NCBI GenBank assembly: GCA_052426225.1
Contig: JBNJNM010000013.1
Span: 496,001 to 560,000, forward strand
Length of the DNA stretch: 64,000 bases
Direction: 5' to 3'
DNA from: Zancudomyces culisetae HAW-14-8
Taxonomy: Eukaryota; Fungi; Kickxellomycota
Positions 61,391-64,000 of this stretch are shown here, piece by piece. The notes under the pieces were generated by a model that was given only the letters and a program-made list of their open reading frames with translations, did not search any database and had not been told where the DNA came from. The translations under genes were made by a program, and so were the position numbers. Positions within the stretch are counted from its first letter, which is position 1; every line of letters begins with the position of its first letter.

Positions 61391-62350
61391 TCAAACGTTC
61401 TTCACGTTAATTCCAAAGAACCGAACGCGGTGGAGAGCTGGAAGCTTGGCTACTAATACAACCAAAACACCGATCAAGCTGATTGTAAATGAAAAGGCAT
61501 CGTAAGTACAGTAGTGCGTGCTTATCAAAAACCTAAGTGGATGGGTTTTCACATTAGTGTCAGGTTTGGATAAGAGGTATTTATGTATGTTTGCGTTTGT
61601 GTTAGTGTTGAGCGATGAAAAGTAAGTGGATGTATAAAATAATTAACAAGCAGTAAATATACTGCTTTGCACTTACAGAATGGCGGGTGCAGCAAACAGA
61701 AATTTCTTCGAAGGAGTAAACTGTACGCCGTTTTCTATTTGCTCCCACATTGTTAATCCGTCGTGTTCACCTTGGTTAACCTCGAAGGGGGTGCCAATAA
61801 TCGCATGAAATAGTATATATTGAAACTAACATGGAAAAAACAGTAAACCCAAGTCAGTATAAGTTTTTTAGTAACAGGTAGTATTAAAATACAAGATATT
61901 AGGTATATTTCTATATAAAACTATATTACCAGGCAGTAGCTTAGATTTGTCAAGGTCCATGAGGCAGTGTTAGAAATAAAGGGAATAATTCCGTATAACA
62001 CTCTAAAAAAGAGCATGATAAAGACATTTGCTACCCAAGATCCTAATGTAAAAATAAATGAGTGAGTTTTTGTATAAAAAAAAGATAAACGTAGGAGAAG
62101 GATGTGGTATTTGAAGGGCAAGTTCCAGTGTTAACAATTTATAAAACGATATTTCGATTTACGATAAATTAAGCCAAAAAAAAGCACAGAATTCTAAAGA
62201 CTTACCTCTGAGATTTACCCAACTAGAGTTCATATTAACTGTCTGTTCATTAAGATTAGGAGAGCTTGCGACTTTTTGGAAGATTGGGTTTCCCTTTTCG
62301 CCAGGAATTTGATCGTGCGATTTTGCTGATCTTTGATAAGTTTGAACCAT
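61391..62350 (-). CDS. ORM1: ORM/ORMDL sphingolipid homeostasis regulator, 4 exons (alternative upstream ATG at 62365)
   Basis: NMNSSWVNLRGSW, SWTLTNL, FHAIIGTPFEVNQGEHDGLTMWEQIENGVQFTPSKKFL, FLISTHY, AKLPALHRVRFFGIN. Confidence 0.95.
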
Positions 62351-64000
62351 CTTGGCTTTTTTCATTCAGAGTTTTATACCGCTTTATTCTTTTAAAAGAC
62401 TCTAAGATTGGATTAGTATAAATATAGTATGGCAATACTGAACGAGGTATGAAAATGTAAAATCAATTCGGTCCTTTCTTTGTTTAACTAGCCTTATATA
62501 GAAAACGAGTAATCGAAATGTTTGAGGACCTTTTTGTAATTTCCAGACTGTCATTGGCGTTTTAAAACTTTTTTTCTACCAATTCACGAGTGTTGTTTAT
62601 GCAACAAGCCTGCCAATTTACATCAAAAATAAATAACATCCTTTTTTACGTAAATTTTGATAGAATTTTGGCCTACTGGGCAAAGCCCAATTTGTTCACA
62701 CCGACCAATTTTATTTTGCGCAAAATAAATTGGTTACAGCAAATACCTATTCTTTTTTTTAGGGAAGGGAGAGGCGGAAAATACGGTGAAGGCACCATTT
62801 ATTTAAATTTTATTTTCGTTTATATTTAGAATGAAAAACACTTTAACTTAACTGAACTGTATGCCTAAACACACATTTAACTCGCTGTGTAAGTATGGTC
62901 TATTGGTAAATTGTGTTAAGAAAAAATAAACAGTATAAAAAAAGAATGTTTAAATTATTTTACTTTTATTTTAGCATTGAAAAACAAAGTAAAACAAGGC
63001 CAAGATCTTGAATAAAACGTTCAAACTAAGAATGTTGATGAAATGTACCTCCAGCTCAACCACAAACATTAGTTGCTTTAACTTGAAAAGTGGAAAGTGG
63101 AAGGTGCAAAGTGAAAATGAGAAACGAGAAATAGGAAACAGAGTGGGATATAAATTAAATAAGTTGATTGTTTGAGAGTTGTTGAACTTAAAGCAATCAA
63201 TATCGATCACAGACCTAAACTTGTATTAGCATCTGAGTTGCTTAAGTTGTAACAAAATATGATGATTACACTAGCATAAAGAATACTCCCACACAAAAAA
63301 AAAGGTCAACGGATTTGGGAATATGAACAAAATCAGAATATATTAGTAACGAGTTGTAAATTAATGTGCCAAAATTTACAGTTTTCAGCATGACCAGTAT
63401 TTACGTTGGGTTAACACATATGGTACCAGCATTTAGGCAGGATTTCCACAGCTTTACTAGATACTAGTTTGACCAATAACATTGAAAACTAGACAGAAAT
63501 ATGAGACGTTTAGAGCGTATGAGTGACAGATATATGCGTTTTTTCAAAAAAAATTGTGAAATATCAATACAAGAGTATCAAACAAGAACAAGTTTTGAAC
63601 AGATTTAAGCTATGATAGAGTATTAATGATATTTTAATAGCATTCTTAGTTCAACCTATTTGTACAAAACACTCAACGCGCGAATAATTGTTAGTCCTGA
63701 GTGGAGTATTGATACTAGGAAGATGAACCAAAATGGTACGAGATGGCATGTACATCAATGCGCGGAAATGTAAAAAACAATAAAACTTGTATAAAACCTC
63801 CATATTTGTACAATGCTACTGTTTTCTTCCAAATTCGGAGAATAGTGTACAAACATGAAAATTATCGAATACGCACTATATGTTGATTATTTGGGACAAT
63901 TGGATATTGAGTTTTTGGCAAGGTTTCAAATTACATAATCGCTATTTCTTAATAATAGTGCGGAGTTTTGATGCTTACTAAAGATCTCTAAAAAAATAAG

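Noticed and set aside
1-64000. Selenoprotein, stop-codon recoding or alternative genetic code
   Set aside because: The gene models I assembled translate with the standard code without needing an in-frame TGA, and no convincing SECIS element was found.
62400-64000. Short ORFs at the right end of the window
   Set aside because: Low-complexity F/L/I-rich translations typical of AT-rich intergenic DNA.

Overview
Eukaryotic, AT-rich, intron-containing nuclear DNA from a fungus. Gene content and intron style suggest an early-diverging lineage such as Zoopagomycota/Kickxellomycotina (e.g. Harpellales); this is inference, not verified. About 22 protein-coding genes can be modelled by hand. Left to right: a Nup159/Nup214-type FG nucleoporin that runs off the left edge and is missing from the ORF track, a probable Integrator subunit INTS8, a giant coiled-coil protein with a PACT-like end, uridine nucleosidase, IFRD, RPS17, a six-BRCT TopBP1/Rad4/Dpb11, an F-box+TPR+EF-hand protein, a uridine/nucleoside phosphorylase, REG1, a TFIIIC subunit 6, an alpha/beta hydrolase, MRPL47, a ZTA1-type quinone reductase, POL3, a secreted CAP protein, an HMO1-like HMG-box protein, FRG1, MOD5, YOP1, PEP7 and ORM. 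Non-coding highlights are a snR40/U32-type C/D snoRNA inside an intron of an apparently non-coding spliced host transcript, and an RPS17 first intron carrying both an intron-bridging stem and a snR38-like antisense element. MOD5 has a GC-AG intron. No tRNA, rRNA, CRISPR array or intact transposon was recognised. All homology calls are by motif recognition from memory, with no database searches run.
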